Shown: positions 17,422 to 27,100 of the stretch, piece by piece | How positions within the stretch are numbered: the stretch's first letter is position 1 | Layout: each line of letters starts with the position of its first letter | From: an uncultured Bryobacterales bacterium | Lineage (GTDB): Bacteria > Acidobacteriota > Terriglobia > Bryobacterales > UBA6623 | Direction of reading: 5' to 3' | NCBI GenBank assembly: GCA_958295955.1 | Contig: OY282420.1 | Coordinates: 45,714-109,713 of the forward strand | Length of the DNA stretch: 64,000 bases | Notes under the pieces: model-generated | The model's input: the letters and a program-made list of their open reading frames with translations, nothing else | Databases searched by the model: none | Told to the model about the DNA's origin: nothing | Translations under genes and position numbers: made by a program

Positions 17422-17784
17422 TTACGGACAAACTCCGACTGCTCGCGAGTTTCGGGCGACTTGCGGTATGGCTTTTGGGTTCCCCGCTGTTTCCAGGACG
17501 TCAATGTAGGGTTGCAACTCCCCCGGTTCCGTCAGGTCGATGAAACTCGCGTTAATTCGGGTTAATTCGCGTTCCTTCGCGTTCCTTCGCATAGGTTGCA
17601 ACTCCCCCGGTTCCGTCAGGTCGATGAAACGGTCGATCCCCGAATCGAGCAGCGCCGTCAATTTTTCGACAGCCTCGGAATGTTTCAGAGAGCCGGGATA
17701 CTCGCCCGCTGCGAGCCGCCCGGGAACGATCCGGTAGCTGTTTGCAATCGGGCGTTCCGGCGGCGGAGAAACCCGGAGCCGCAG
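17422..17784 (-). pseudogene. truncated remnant of a dual-specificity/tyrosine-phosphatase-like gene (N-terminal portion only), disrupted by an in-frame 84-bp duplication
   Basis: My own minus-strand translation reads ..NSYRIVPGRLAAGEYPGSLKHSEAVEKLTALLDSGIDRFIDLTEPGELQP[MRRNAKERELTRINASFIDLTEPGELQP]YIDVLETAGNPKAIPQ..stop. The YxxxPG.LxAGEYPG...L...GI..FIDLTE..EL.PY pattern is the N-terminus of DSP-like phosphatases. No ATG/GTG/TTG lies upstream of codon TTG 17661 (only a CTG at 17782-17784). The catalytic HCxxxxxR part is absent, and only about 60 bp remain before the next gene. Confidence 0.55.
17510..17630. repeat. 37-bp direct repeat (17510-17546 and 17594-17630, period 84 bp) flanking four tandem 10-bp units (17551-17590)
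   Basis: Read directly. GGTTGCAACTCCCCCGGTTCCGTCAGGTCGATGAAAC occurs twice, identical. Between the copies lie GTTAATTCGG GTTAATTCGC GTTCCTTCGC GTTCCTTCGC, which are AT-richer than the surroundings. Confidence 0.9.
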
Positions 17785-17845
17785 ATTGGCGCGGTCCGGT
17801 AGATCACCGACCTCGTTGCACGAAGCGGGAGCCGAACCGCCTGCC

Positions 17846-19609
17846 TCAGAGTCCGGCGTCGGCGCGGTCGAACACGATGCGCCCCGCCAGCATCGTCATG
17901 TCGACTCGAACCGCATGGACCTGGCTGGGCTCTTCGCGAAAGAGATTGCGTTCCAGCACGACGAGATCCGCCTGCTTGCCCGGCGCTATGCTGCCGGTCT
18001 CCTGCTCCAAACGAAGCTGGCGAGCTCCGTTGACGGTATATCCCTTGAGCAGATCGTCGAGATCCATCCGCTGATCCGCCGGCGGCAGCGGTTCCGCTCC
18101 GGACGCTCCGGGCTCGCTCCGTGTCAACCCGATCGCGATCCCGTAGAGCGGACTTGTCTGCGGGAACGGGAGGCCGGTGGCCGGATAATCAGCACCGAAG
18201 GCGACCAGCGGCGCCGCGTTCCACATATCTCGCAGGAGCATGGTCCGTCGGCCTCGCGCGGGGTCGAGCAGGCGCGAGTAGAGCCCGAACGTCCCGCCCA
18301 TGTCGTGAGCCCAGTGCGGGGTGGTCTGGATCATGACCTCAAGCGGCTTCAGTCGACGCAGGTCCTCCGGCGCGACGAGCATGACGTGAGTCATGGTGAC
18401 GCGGCTGCTGGAGTCGGGGACAGTCTCCCGGGCAGTGGCTACCGCGTCCAGCGTGAGCCTCACCGTGCGATCTCCGATCGCATGCACGTGCGCGTCCAGA
18501 TCGGCCTCTCGCAAAGCGGACAGAAACTGAGCGAGAGGCTCGCCGGACAGCAGAACGGCGCCGTTGCCGCCTGCGCCGTAGGGTTCCAGGACTGCGGCAG
18601 TCTCGCCTTCGATCGTGCCGTCGTTGGGAATCTTTACCGTATGCACGTCAACGAATTCGGAAGCGATGCTCTCGCGTATCTCCACCACGCGCCGCACCAT
18701 GTCGGGACCAGCGACATCCGGACGATTGAGATAGACGCTGCCGCGATAGCGCAAGGGCAGCCGCCCTTCGCGCTCCATGTCCGAGAGCGCCTTCAGCGCA
18801 TTGCGCAGCAAGGCGTCGCCGCCGGGAATTCCCGCATCGAAGACCGTGGTGATCCCCATCGCCGAATAGCTCGGCAAGCTCTCGGCGAGGGCCTGGCGAA
18901 AGTCCGATTCGGAGCCAAGTCCGAAGAGCGGCAACAGCGGCCAGAAGGCGTTGCCCTCCACCATCCATCCCGTCGGCTCACCGTTCGCATTGCGCTGGTA
19001 GAAGTGGACGCCGGGCACGGGGTCGGGAGTGTCCTTCGTGATGCCGGCCACCTCCAGCGCCTTGCTGTTGACCCAGGCGCTGTGCGCGTCGAGCGCGATG
19101 ATCAGCACCGGACGATCCGCGACCACGGCATCCAGATCCTTGCGATAGGGGCCTTGCACGCCTGCGGCGTTGACAGCGGTGTTCAGGGCGGAAGGGAATC
19201 CGAAGCCCAGCAGCGCCTCTTCGTCGGGGTGCGCTGCGGCGTACGCTTTCAGAGCGGCCTGTACCTCGGCGACGGTCTTGGTTCCGATGACTTGCAGCTT
19301 GGACGCCAGCAGCCCGGCCACTGCGGGATGGGAGTGGCTTTCCACGAACCCCGGGAGGAGCATCCTGCCTGCGAGATCAATGATGCGAGCATCCTCGTCG
19401 GCCTCCTTGGACACGTCGTCGCTTTTGCCGACGTGCTGGATCCGACCGTTGGATACCAGAACTGCCTCGGCTTCGGGAAGGGTTGGATCGCCGGTCCAGA
19501 CGATACCGTTGGTGAAAAGCGTATCCTCGCCCACGGAAGTTGCCGGAGCGACCCAGGAGAGCGCAGCGCATACGACAGCAAGTTTGTTCCGTCGGCAGGG
19601 AGTACTCAT
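17846..19609 (-). CDS. secreted amidohydrolase (Amidohydro_3 / YtcJ-like metal-dependent hydrolase)
   Basis: Signal MSTPCRRNKLAVVCAALSWVAPATS. LFTNGIVWTGD..AVLVSNGRIQHVG..IIDLAGRMLLPGFVESHSHP and VHAIGDRTV blocks typical of the family. Confidence 0.8.
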   Translation of the reverse strand: MSTPCRRNKLAVVCAALSWVAPATSVGEDTLFTNGIVWTGDPTLPEAEAVLVSNGRIQHVGKSDDVSKEADEDARIIDLAGRMLLPGFVESHSHPAVAGLLASKLQVIGTKTVAEVQAALKAYAAAHPDEEALLGFGFPSALNTAVNAAGVQGPYRKDLDAVVADRPVLIIALDAHSAWVNSKALEVAGITKDTPDPVPGVHFYQRNANGEPTGWMVEGNAFWPLLPLFGLGSESDFRQALAESLPSYSAMGITTVFDAGIPGGDALLRNALKALSDMEREGRLPLRYRGSVYLNRPDVAGPDMVRRVVEIRESIASEFVDVHTVKIPNDGTIEGETAAVLEPYGAGGNGAVLLSGEPLAQFLSALREADLDAHVHAIGDRTVRLTLDAVATARETVPDSSSRVTMTHVMLVAPEDLRRLKPLEVMIQTTPHWAHDMGGTFGLYSRLLDPARGRRTMLLRDMWNAAPLVAFGADYPATGLPFPQTSPLYGIAIGLTRSEPGASGAEPLPPADQRMDLDDLLKGYTVNGARQLRLEQETGSIAPGKQADLVVLERNLFREEPSQVHAVRVDMTMLAGRIVFDRADAGL

Positions 19610-19893
19610 GGTTCGATTCGCTCAATTATTATTGCAGTTCGAGCAATGGGCGCTGCCAGGCGTCGTGCCGGATAGCGCTTTCCTTTAGGTCCATGTCTGC
19701 CGGTACATCGCTGTATTCAACGCACCACAGCGCAGATCAGTCCGACAATGCCCGGTAGATCAGGTACTGGAAGCCCGGCTTTGGCTGCGTAATGTTGAAT
19801 TTGCTCGGGCGACCGCTCGAATCGGATCGTCGAAGAGATCGTACAGACGGTTGCCGTGTCTCTTTGAGCGGCGGATCCGCTGCCGCCGACCGG

Positions 19894-21156
19894 CTATGCC
19901 TGTACGCAGACAACCTCGCCGCGGATCAAATCTTCCCATATCTCGCGGCGGCGGACGATGCGGACGCTGCCGCCCTCGACGAGCGCTTCGGCTGCGCGCG
20001 GGCGGGAATTGTAATTGGACGAGAGCACGAAGCCGTAGGCTCCCGTTGTGGCTATCGCCAGCAGATCGCCGGGCTCCGCTCGCGGCATCGCTCTTCCCTT
20101 GGCCAGGAAGTCTCCGCTCTCGCAGACCGGGCCGACAACGTCGGTCAATTCGACCGGCCGGCCGCTGCGGCGGACCGGCAAGACCTCATGATGCGCCCGA
20201 TAGAGGGCAGGGCGGATGAGATCGTTCATCGCGGCATCGACAATCGCAAAGACTTTTCCCTCGCCGGCCTTGCGGTAGAGCACGCGGGTCAGCAGAACGC
20301 CCGCCTGTCCGACGATGGAGCGTCCCGGCTCGATGCCCAAGCGGAAGTTCGCGCCGGCCAGCGCAGCGCACAACATCCGCCCGTAATCCGCGATGGACGG
20401 GCTTTGCTTGCCGGTTTCGTATTCGACTCCCAGGCCGCCGCCGAGGTCGAGCGCCTCTATGGGCACGCCGAAGCCGCGCAGGCGGCCGGCCAATTCCAGA
20501 ACCCGCTGGAGCGCTTCCGCAAACGCGCCGATGTTGAAAATCTGAGAGCCGATGTGGCAACCGATTCCGTTGAGCCGCAGGGGATGCAGCTCGGCCGCTT
20601 GCCTGTAAATCCGCTCTGCTTCCGCGAGTCCGATGCCGAACTTGTGCTCGCGCAAGCCGGTGGCGATGTAGGGGTGCGTTTCGGCGTCGATATCCGGATT
20701 GACGCGCAGCGACACCTCGGGCTTGCGTCCGATTTGGGCCGCCAACTCCCGCAGCAGCCGCAATTCGCCGTCGGATTCGCAGTTGAATCGGCCGATCTCT
20801 TGTTCGAGCGCGTAGCGCAATTCTTCGCTGGTCTTGCCGACGCCGGAAAATACGACGCGCGAAGGGTCTCCGCCCGCCTTCAGCACGCGGTAGAGCTCGC
20901 CGCCGGACACAATGTCGAACCCGGCGCCTTCCTCCGCGAGAAGCGACAGAATCCCCAGAGACGAGTTCGCTTTCACCGCGTAGTGGATGTCGTGCTCCAG
21001 ACCCGCGAGCGCCCTGTCGTAAGCGCGGTAATTTTCTCGAATCGCGTCTCCCGAGTAAACGTATGACGGCGTGCCCGCCTGCTCGGCTATCGTTTCCAGC
21101 GGGACCTCATGACAACAGAAAATGTCGTCGATGTAATGGAACTTTTGCGTCGGCAT
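19894..21156 (-). CDS. lysA: diaminopimelate decarboxylase
   Basis: GTPSYVYSGDAIRENY..IHYAVKANSSLGIL..GAGFDIVSGGELYR, CHIGSQI, LDLGGGLGV, VVGPVCESGDFL: canonical LysA blocks. ATG at 21156. Confidence 0.9.
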   Translation of the reverse strand: MPTQKFHYIDDIFCCHEVPLETIAEQAGTPSYVYSGDAIRENYRAYDRALAGLEHDIHYAVKANSSLGILSLLAEEGAGFDIVSGGELYRVLKAGGDPSRVVFSGVGKTSEELRYALEQEIGRFNCESDGELRLLRELAAQIGRKPEVSLRVNPDIDAETHPYIATGLREHKFGIGLAEAERIYRQAAELHPLRLNGIGCHIGSQIFNIGAFAEALQRVLELAGRLRGFGVPIEALDLGGGLGVEYETGKQSPSIADYGRMLCAALAGANFRLGIEPGRSIVGQAGVLLTRVLYRKAGEGKVFAIVDAAMNDLIRPALYRAHHEVLPVRRSGRPVELTDVVGPVCESGDFLAKGRAMPRAEPGDLLAIATTGAYGFVLSSNYNSRPRAAEALVEGGSVRIVRRREIWEDLIRGEVVCVQA

Positions 21157-21165
21157 CTTGCGCCT

Positions 21166-22911
21166 TCAGGAGGTTATGCGCATCACGACCGCCGTGCGGT
21201 CGTCGATTTGCGGCCGGCCGCTGCTGAAATTGCGGACATCGTCGAACATCAGATCGAGCAGTTCCGAGGCGGAAGCCCCGCGATGACGCTTGACGATCTC
21301 GAGCAGACGGCCGTCTCCGTACTCCGAGCCGTCGGGGCCCGAGCTTTCATGGAAGCCGTCGGATACCGTGACCACGGTGTCTCCAGGCTTCAAATCGAGC
21401 GTTATCTCATCGTAAACCACGCCGGAAAAGAGTCCCAGCGGGATTCCCTTGACGGGCAGGAGCTCGATATTTCCTCCGCTGACGACGACCGGGCGCGGCT
21501 GTCCGGCGCCCGCTACCGAGAGTTGCATTTTGTCCGGCAGCCAGAGGCAGTAAATGGCTGCCAGGAATCGCGCTTCGACTTTTCGCGCCAGCAGCGCCTC
21601 GTTCACGCTGTACAGAACATCGGCGGGACTGCGTTGCGGGGCCGCCGTATTGCGCATCACGCCGCTCACCAACGCCGCATAGAGCGCGGCGGCCACGCCC
21701 TTGCCGCTGACGTCGCCGTTGAGCACTCCGAATGCGCTCTCATAGGCGTAAAAATCGTAGAAATCCCCCGAAACTTCGGATGCAGGATCGTTGCGCGCCG
21801 CGATTTCCATTCCCGGATAGCGCCGCTTGCCGCGGGGAAGCAGATGCCGCTGCAAGACGCTCGCAGCGGCGAGATCCTGCTCCATGCGCTCTTCGTTGCG
21901 CGCCTTCTCTTCGTACAACCGCGCGTTTTCGATCGCCGCCGCGATTTGCGGAGCGAGCAGATTCAGGGTATGAACATGGGTTTGGCTGAAGTTGTCGAGC
22001 GCGCCGCTCTCCAGATCGAGCACGCCAAGCACTTCGTTTTTCAGGATCAGCGGTATGGCCACTTCCGAGCGAATGCCCGGCGTCGATGCGATATAGCGTG
22101 GCTCCTGCGATGTATCTCCCACCAGCACGGGCCGTCGCAGCTTGGCGGCGCTGCCGACCAACCCCTTGCCCATGGCGATGTCGCTCCAACGGACCCGTTC
22201 GTGGAAGCATACGCCGAAATAGTGCTGCAGCAAGTCGCTGCCGGGTTCGCGCAGGTAGATTGCCAGAACGTCGTAGCGGATCAATGTCCGCAGCAGCGAT
22301 GAAATTTTGCCCAGTAGTCTTTCGAGATGGAGAATCTGCGAAAACTCCTGGGCGATTTGAGTCAGCGTTTGCAGCGTGGAATTTTGGCGCGCCTGGGCGC
22401 GGTAAAGCCGCGCGGCGTCGATCGCCAGAGAAAACCGCGACGCGATCAACTCGAGAAGCGATTGTTCGCGCTCGCCGAACGCATCGCGCTGCGCCGATTG
22501 CAGATCGAGCAGCGCGACGAGCCTTCCGCGGGCCACAAGCGGCACCGCGATTTCGGATTGCACGGCGCTGACCGCCTGCAGATAGTCAGGGTTCTCGGCG
22601 ACGTTGCCGGCGAAAATCGTTTTCTTGCGGGAGGCGGCCTGCCCGGTTATGCCTTTGCCGATGGGAACACGGAGGCTCCCGACCAATTCCTCGCTGTAGC
22701 CGATTGCGTGCCGGATGCGCAGGTCGCCGTGGTCGGTCGGCAGCATGACGGCGAAGAGCTCATAATCCACGACCTTGCGCACCAGAACCGCAAGGCCGCG
22801 CAGCAACGCGTCGAGATCCAAGGTATTGCCGGCGGCGAGCTCCGATGCCTCCAGCAGGATTGACAGCGCAGCATCTTTGCCGGCGGACGCGGTTTTTTTA
22901 GTCGTCGCCAT
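21166..22911 (-). CDS. GAF-GAF-PP2C (SpoIIE/RsbU-type) serine phosphatase
   Basis: Two GAF-like regions (GKGITGQAASRKKTIFAGNV..; GKGLVGSAAKLRRPVLVGDT..EVAIPLILKNEVLGVLDLES). C-terminal PPM domain (SGDFYDFY, LNGDVSGKGVAAAL, VSDGFHE). Stop lies 9 nt before the lysA start. Confidence 0.8.
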   Translation of the reverse strand: MATTKKTASAGKDAALSILLEASELAAGNTLDLDALLRGLAVLVRKVVDYELFAVMLPTDHGDLRIRHAIGYSEELVGSLRVPIGKGITGQAASRKKTIFAGNVAENPDYLQAVSAVQSEIAVPLVARGRLVALLDLQSAQRDAFGEREQSLLELIASRFSLAIDAARLYRAQARQNSTLQTLTQIAQEFSQILHLERLLGKISSLLRTLIRYDVLAIYLREPGSDLLQHYFGVCFHERVRWSDIAMGKGLVGSAAKLRRPVLVGDTSQEPRYIASTPGIRSEVAIPLILKNEVLGVLDLESGALDNFSQTHVHTLNLLAPQIAAAIENARLYEEKARNEERMEQDLAAASVLQRHLLPRGKRRYPGMEIAARNDPASEVSGDFYDFYAYESAFGVLNGDVSGKGVAAALYAALVSGVMRNTAAPQRSPADVLYSVNEALLARKVEARFLAAIYCLWLPDKMQLSVAGAGQPRPVVVSGGNIELLPVKGIPLGLFSGVVYDEITLDLKPGDTVVTVSDGFHESSGPDGSEYGDGRLLEIVKRHRGASASELLDLMFDDVRNFSSGRPQIDDRTAVVMRITS

Positions 22912-22962
22912 GATTTTTTAAAAACACTTGCAAGGGTCGCGCTCGCCGGACGAGAGCGAAGC

Positions 22963-23742
22963 TCAAGCGGCCGCGGATTCCGCCAGGATTTGATGCCCTC
23001 TGTCCGTGCCGATGCGCGTGGCGCCGGCGCGCAGCATGCTTTGGAGTTGCGCGTAAGTATTGATTCCTCCCGCGGCCTTCACGCCGAGGACGCCCCCGAC
23101 AACCCGCTGCATCGTTGCGACATCCCGCGCGTCGGCGGCGGCGCCTTCGAAACCCGTCGCCGTTGTCACAAAATCGGCGCCGGCCAGCTTGGAGACAACG
23201 CACGCCTGGATTTTCCGGCGCCGGTCGAGGCTGGGCATTTCGAGAATGACTTTCAACACCGCGCCGTACCGCGCCGTCACGGCCGCGACCGCCTTGATAT
23301 CGACAAACGCCGCATCCAGATCGTCTGACATGACGGCCCCGATGTTCGCCGCCATATCGATTTCCGTTGCGCCCAGCCGGATGGCGGTTTCAGCCTCCAG
23401 GCATTTGACCGGCGTCACGGTTGCGCCGTGGGGAAAACCGACGACCGAAGCGACCCGCGTGGATGTGCCGCGGAGTGCGCGCGCCGCCGCCGGAATCCAA
23501 CTCGGCTGCACGCAAACCGCGCGGAATCCGGCCGGCCGGGCAGCCGCCAAGAAACGCCGTATTTCGGCCTCCGCGGCGTCGGGGCGCAGCAGTGTCTGAT
23601 CGATCGCCGCGGCAAGCTCGACGCGGCGGCCGGGAGGCGCCGCAGCGGCGGGATACGCGCACCCGCACGACGGATCGGGCGCGCCCGCATCGCAGGCAGC
23701 GGCGATCTCGCGCGCCAGAGCGGCTATTTCCCGAGGAGTCAT
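22963..23742 (-). CDS. deoxyribose-phosphate aldolase (DeoC) homologue, with the Schiff-base lysine position encoded as Thr
   Basis: IDQTLLRPDA, VCVQPSWI, VVGFPHG, EIDMAANIG, LKVILE, GADFVTTATGF, GVKAAGGI, GATRIGT align block-for-block with DeoC. The canonical FxKTSTG lysine reads T (ACA, plus-strand TGT at 23164-23166). About 45-aa N-terminal extension. ATG 23742 (GTG 23748 alternative). Confidence 0.7.
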   Translation of the reverse strand: MTPREIAALAREIAAACDAGAPDPSCGCAYPAAAAPPGRRVELAAAIDQTLLRPDAAEAEIRRFLAAARPAGFRAVCVQPSWIPAAARALRGTSTRVASVVGFPHGATVTPVKCLEAETAIRLGATEIDMAANIGAVMSDDLDAAFVDIKAVAAVTARYGAVLKVILEMPSLDRRRKIQACVVSKLAGADFVTTATGFEGAAADARDVATMQRVVGGVLGVKAAGGINTYAQLQSMLRAGATRIGTDRGHQILAESAAA

Positions 23743-23762
23743 GCGCACAATCGAAGCGGGGC

Positions 23763-24059
23763 CTAATCCAAATCGATATCGCGCAAGCCCGGACCGACGG
23801 GGCCCGACTTCTTGGCCTGCTTCAACAGTCCCTCGAAGCGATTCTCCATTGCCGCTTCCTGGCGCCGCTGCGCATCGAGTTGCTTGGCGAACCGAGCGTC
23901 CCGGGTGCGCTCCGACTCCTTGACCCGCTCCACTTCAGCGAATAGATCGGTAGGCTTGGTTTCGGGTTCCGCGGGTTCGTGCGAAAGGATGGTCCTGCTC
24001 TCCGGGTCAACCAGTAAAGCCGCCCGGCAGCACGGGCACTCGACTTCAAACACTGCCAT
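23763..24059 (-). CDS. small hypothetical protein, N-terminal Cys cluster plus charged coiled-coil-like tail
   Basis: MAVFEVECPCCRAALLVDPESR.. followed by a K/E/R/Q-rich sequence. ATG 24059, with the stop 14 nt before the deoC-like start. No family recognised. Confidence 0.45.
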   Translation of the reverse strand: MAVFEVECPCCRAALLVDPESRTILSHEPAEPETKPTDLFAEVERVKESERTRDARFAKQLDAQRRQEAAMENRFEGLLKQAKKSGPVGPGLRDIDLD

Positions 24060-24155
24060 GCCTTTATCGTATGCCTTTCGCCGTGAAGCGCGGCGAGCGA
24101 AACGCTGCTTCCTGGCGCACAAGCCGTTCGCGCGCTCTTCCGGCGCGCCCGAACT

Positions 24156-27100
24156 TTACAGGACGACCAGCAAATCCTTGGCTTCGACTTGCATTCCGGG
24201 TTCGACGAGCACTTCCGTCACCTTGCCGTCCCGCGGCGCGTAAATGGTGCTCTGCATCTTCATCGCTTCCAGGGCAAGCAGCTTGTCATGACGCTTGACT
24301 GCATCGCCGGCCGCGACGAACAGTCCCGTGATAAGGCCGGGAGTAGGCGCTCCGACGTGGCTCTCGTTGCCGCTGTCGGCCTTGCGCGCGGCGCCCTCTT
24401 CCGCCTTCAGCGAGTTGTCGCGGATGCGCACCTGCCGCGCTTGGCCGTTCAACTCGAAAAAGACCGTGCGCGTGCCGTCCGCATGCGGTTCGCCGAAGGT
24501 GAGAAACTTCACGATCAAAGTCTTGCCCGGCTCGATGTCGAAGGAACATTCTTCGCCCTGCTTCAGGCCGTAGAAAAAAACCGGCGTCGGCAAGACGCCG
24601 ACGTCGGCGTACTTCCGGCGCGTATCGGCGAACTTCTTAAAAACTTCCGGGTAAAGCAGAGAGCTCAGAACCTCGTCGCGGCCGACATGCCGGCCTATTT
24701 TCTTTTCGAGATCCGCGGCGGCGGCCTTGAAATCGACGGCGGGCAGTTTTCCCCCCGCGCGCCCCTGAATCGGCTTTTCCTTGCGCAGGAGAATTTGCTG
24801 AACTTCCTTGGGCCAGCCGCCGGGCGGCCGGCCCAAAGAGCCTTTCATCATGTCCACGACGGAATTGGGGAAGTCCACGGAATGCGCGGCGGGCAATTTG
24901 CGCACCTCGTCGCAGGTCATGCCTTTGACCAACAGATAAAGAGCCATGTCGCCGACCACTTTGCTCGACGGCGTGACCTTCACGATGTCGCCGAAAAGTC
25001 GATTCACGTCGGCGTACATCCGCTCGACCTCGCGCCAGCGGTGCGCCAAGCCCATGGCTCCGGCCTGCTGTTGCAAGTTGGTGAACTGCCCTCCGGGTAT
25101 CTCATGCTTGTACAGCCGCGCGCTTCCCGAGCGGGGAGCGTTGTCGAACGGCAGGTAGTAGGCGCGCACCGTTTCCCAATACAGCGAGCAATCGCCCAGC
25201 GCCGTTTCGTCGAGGCCGGTGTCGCGCGCGGTGTTTTTCAGGGAGCCGACAATGGAGTTGAGATTCGGTTGGCTGGTGGAACCGGAGAGCGCCGCATTCG
25301 CCGCGTCGACAATGTCCACGCCGGCATCGGAAGCTTTCAGCAGCGTCGAGGCGTTCAGACCGCTCGAATCGTGGGTATGAAAGTGAACCGGCAGCCCGAT
25401 TTCCTGTTTCAACACTTTGACAAGCTGCGTCGCGGCATAGGGGCGGCACAAACCGGCCATATCCTTGATGCCGAGAATATGGGCGCCCGCCGTTTTGAGT
25501 TTCCGCGCGAGATCGACGTAGTAGTTCAAGTTGTATTTCGGTCGTGAGGGGTCGAGAATGTCGCCGGTATAGCAGATGGCCGGCTCGCAAATGGCCCCGG
25601 TTTCGCGCACGGCGTCGATGGCGACCTGCATGTTGTCGACATCGTTCAGGGAATCGAATATGCGGAAGATGTCGATGCCCTGGCGCGCCGCTTCGAGCGT
25701 GAACTCGCGCACCACGTTGTCGGGGTAGCTCGTGTAGCCGACGGCGTTCGAAGCCCGCAGCAGCATTTGAAAGCAGATGTTGGGGATGGCCGCGCGCAAG
25801 AGGCGCAGGCGCTCCCACGGGTCTTCGTACAGGAAGCGCAGGCACGAATCGAACGTGGCGCCGCCCCACATCTCCAGGCTGAAGAGATTGGGCAGCCGGC
25901 GAGACACCGCCTCGGCCGTTCCCAAAAGGTCGTGTGTCCGCACCCGCGTGGCCAACAGCGATTGATGCGCGTCGCGAAACGTCGTATCCGTAACCAGCAG
26001 CGGTTTTTGTTCGCGAACCCAGTCGGCGAATTTGTCCGGCCCCAGTTCCTGCAGGCGCTGCCGCGTGCCCGGCGCGGGTTCGATTCCGCGTTCGAACGGA
26101 ACCGGCGGGGGAGGATCGAATTTTGCCGGAGCGGGCTTGCCCTTGACCGTGGGGTTGCCGTTCACAATGACATCGCCGATGTACGCCAAAAGGCGGTTGG
26201 CGCGGTCCCGCCCCTGCGTGTAGCGAAACAATTCGGGGGTATTGTCCAAGAACCGGGTCGTGACCTTGCCGGCTTGAAAATCCTTATGATTGACGACGTT
26301 TTGGAGGAATTGGATATTCGTCTTCACCCCGCGGATACGAAATTCCCTGAGCGCGCGGTCGGCGCGCCGGCAGACGCCGGCGAGCGTCGCGTTCCAGGCG
26401 GTGAGCTTGACGAGCAGGGAATCGTAAGAGGGGCTGAGCACGGCGCCGGCGTAGGCGCTTGCTCCGTCCAAGCGGATGCCGAGGCCGGCCGGCGAGCGGT
26501 AGGTTTGGATTTGGCCGTAGTCCGGGGAAAAGTTGTCTTCGGGGTCTTCGGTGGTGATGCGGCACTGGATGGCGAAACCACGTGTCTCGATTTCGCCCTG
26601 GAGCGGGAAATCGATCGGTTTTTCATGCAGCTTGCAGCCCTGCGCAACAAGAATTTGCGCGCGAACGAGGTCGACCCCCGTGACCATTTCCGTCACGGTG
26701 TGTTCGACCTGGATACGCGGGTTGACCTCGATGAAGAACCATTCCTCGGTTTCGGCGTCCACCAGAAACTCCACCGTTCCGGCATTGACATAGCCGGCGG
26801 ATCTGGCGATGGAAACCGCCGCTTCGCAGAGCTCGCTGCGCAGTTTGCGCGAGAGGTTCGCCGCGGGCGCCATTTCGACGACCTTCTGATGGCGGCGCTG
26901 CACCGAGCAGTCGCGCTCCCATAAATGGACGATCGAGCCGTGGCTGTCGCCAAGGATTTGCACCTCGATGTGCCGCGCTTTCGAGACGAAGCGCTCCATG
27001 AAGACGGCGCCGTTGCCGAAGGCCAGTTGCGCTTCCTTTTGCGCTTCCTCGAATTTCTCTTTCAACTCCTCCGCGGAGCGGACAACTCTCATGCCGCGTC

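Noticed and set aside
17510-17630. Possible mini-CRISPR array (two identical 37-bp repeats separated by a 47-bp spacer).
   Set aside because: Only two repeat copies are present. The spacer is itself a 10-bp tandem repeat. The unit is in-frame within a decayed coding sequence, and no cas genes or leader are anywhere in the window.
15756-17850. tmRNA (ssrA) gene next to smpB.
   Set aside because: I looked for the GGGGCTGATTCTGGATTCGAC-type 5-prime end and a tRNA-like TpsiC arm/CCA end in the non-coding stretches around smpB and found none. The region is filled by the MBL-hydrolase gene and the phosphatase remnant.
19605-19625. tRNA-like T-loop (GGTTCGATTCG) near 19611.
   Set aside because: Flanking bases do not form a T-stem or acceptor stem, and the sequence overlaps the start codon and 5-prime region of the amidohydrolase gene.
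19790-19870. Minus-strand reading ..HGNRLYDLFDDPIRAVARAN.., reminiscent of the sulfatase C-terminal ELYDLxxDPxExxNL motif, in the lysA-amidohydrolase spacer.
   Set aside because: Only about 10 residues resemble the motif, the E-x-x-N-L part is wrong, no further sulfatase blocks precede it, and the frame runs into lysA. Most likely chance.
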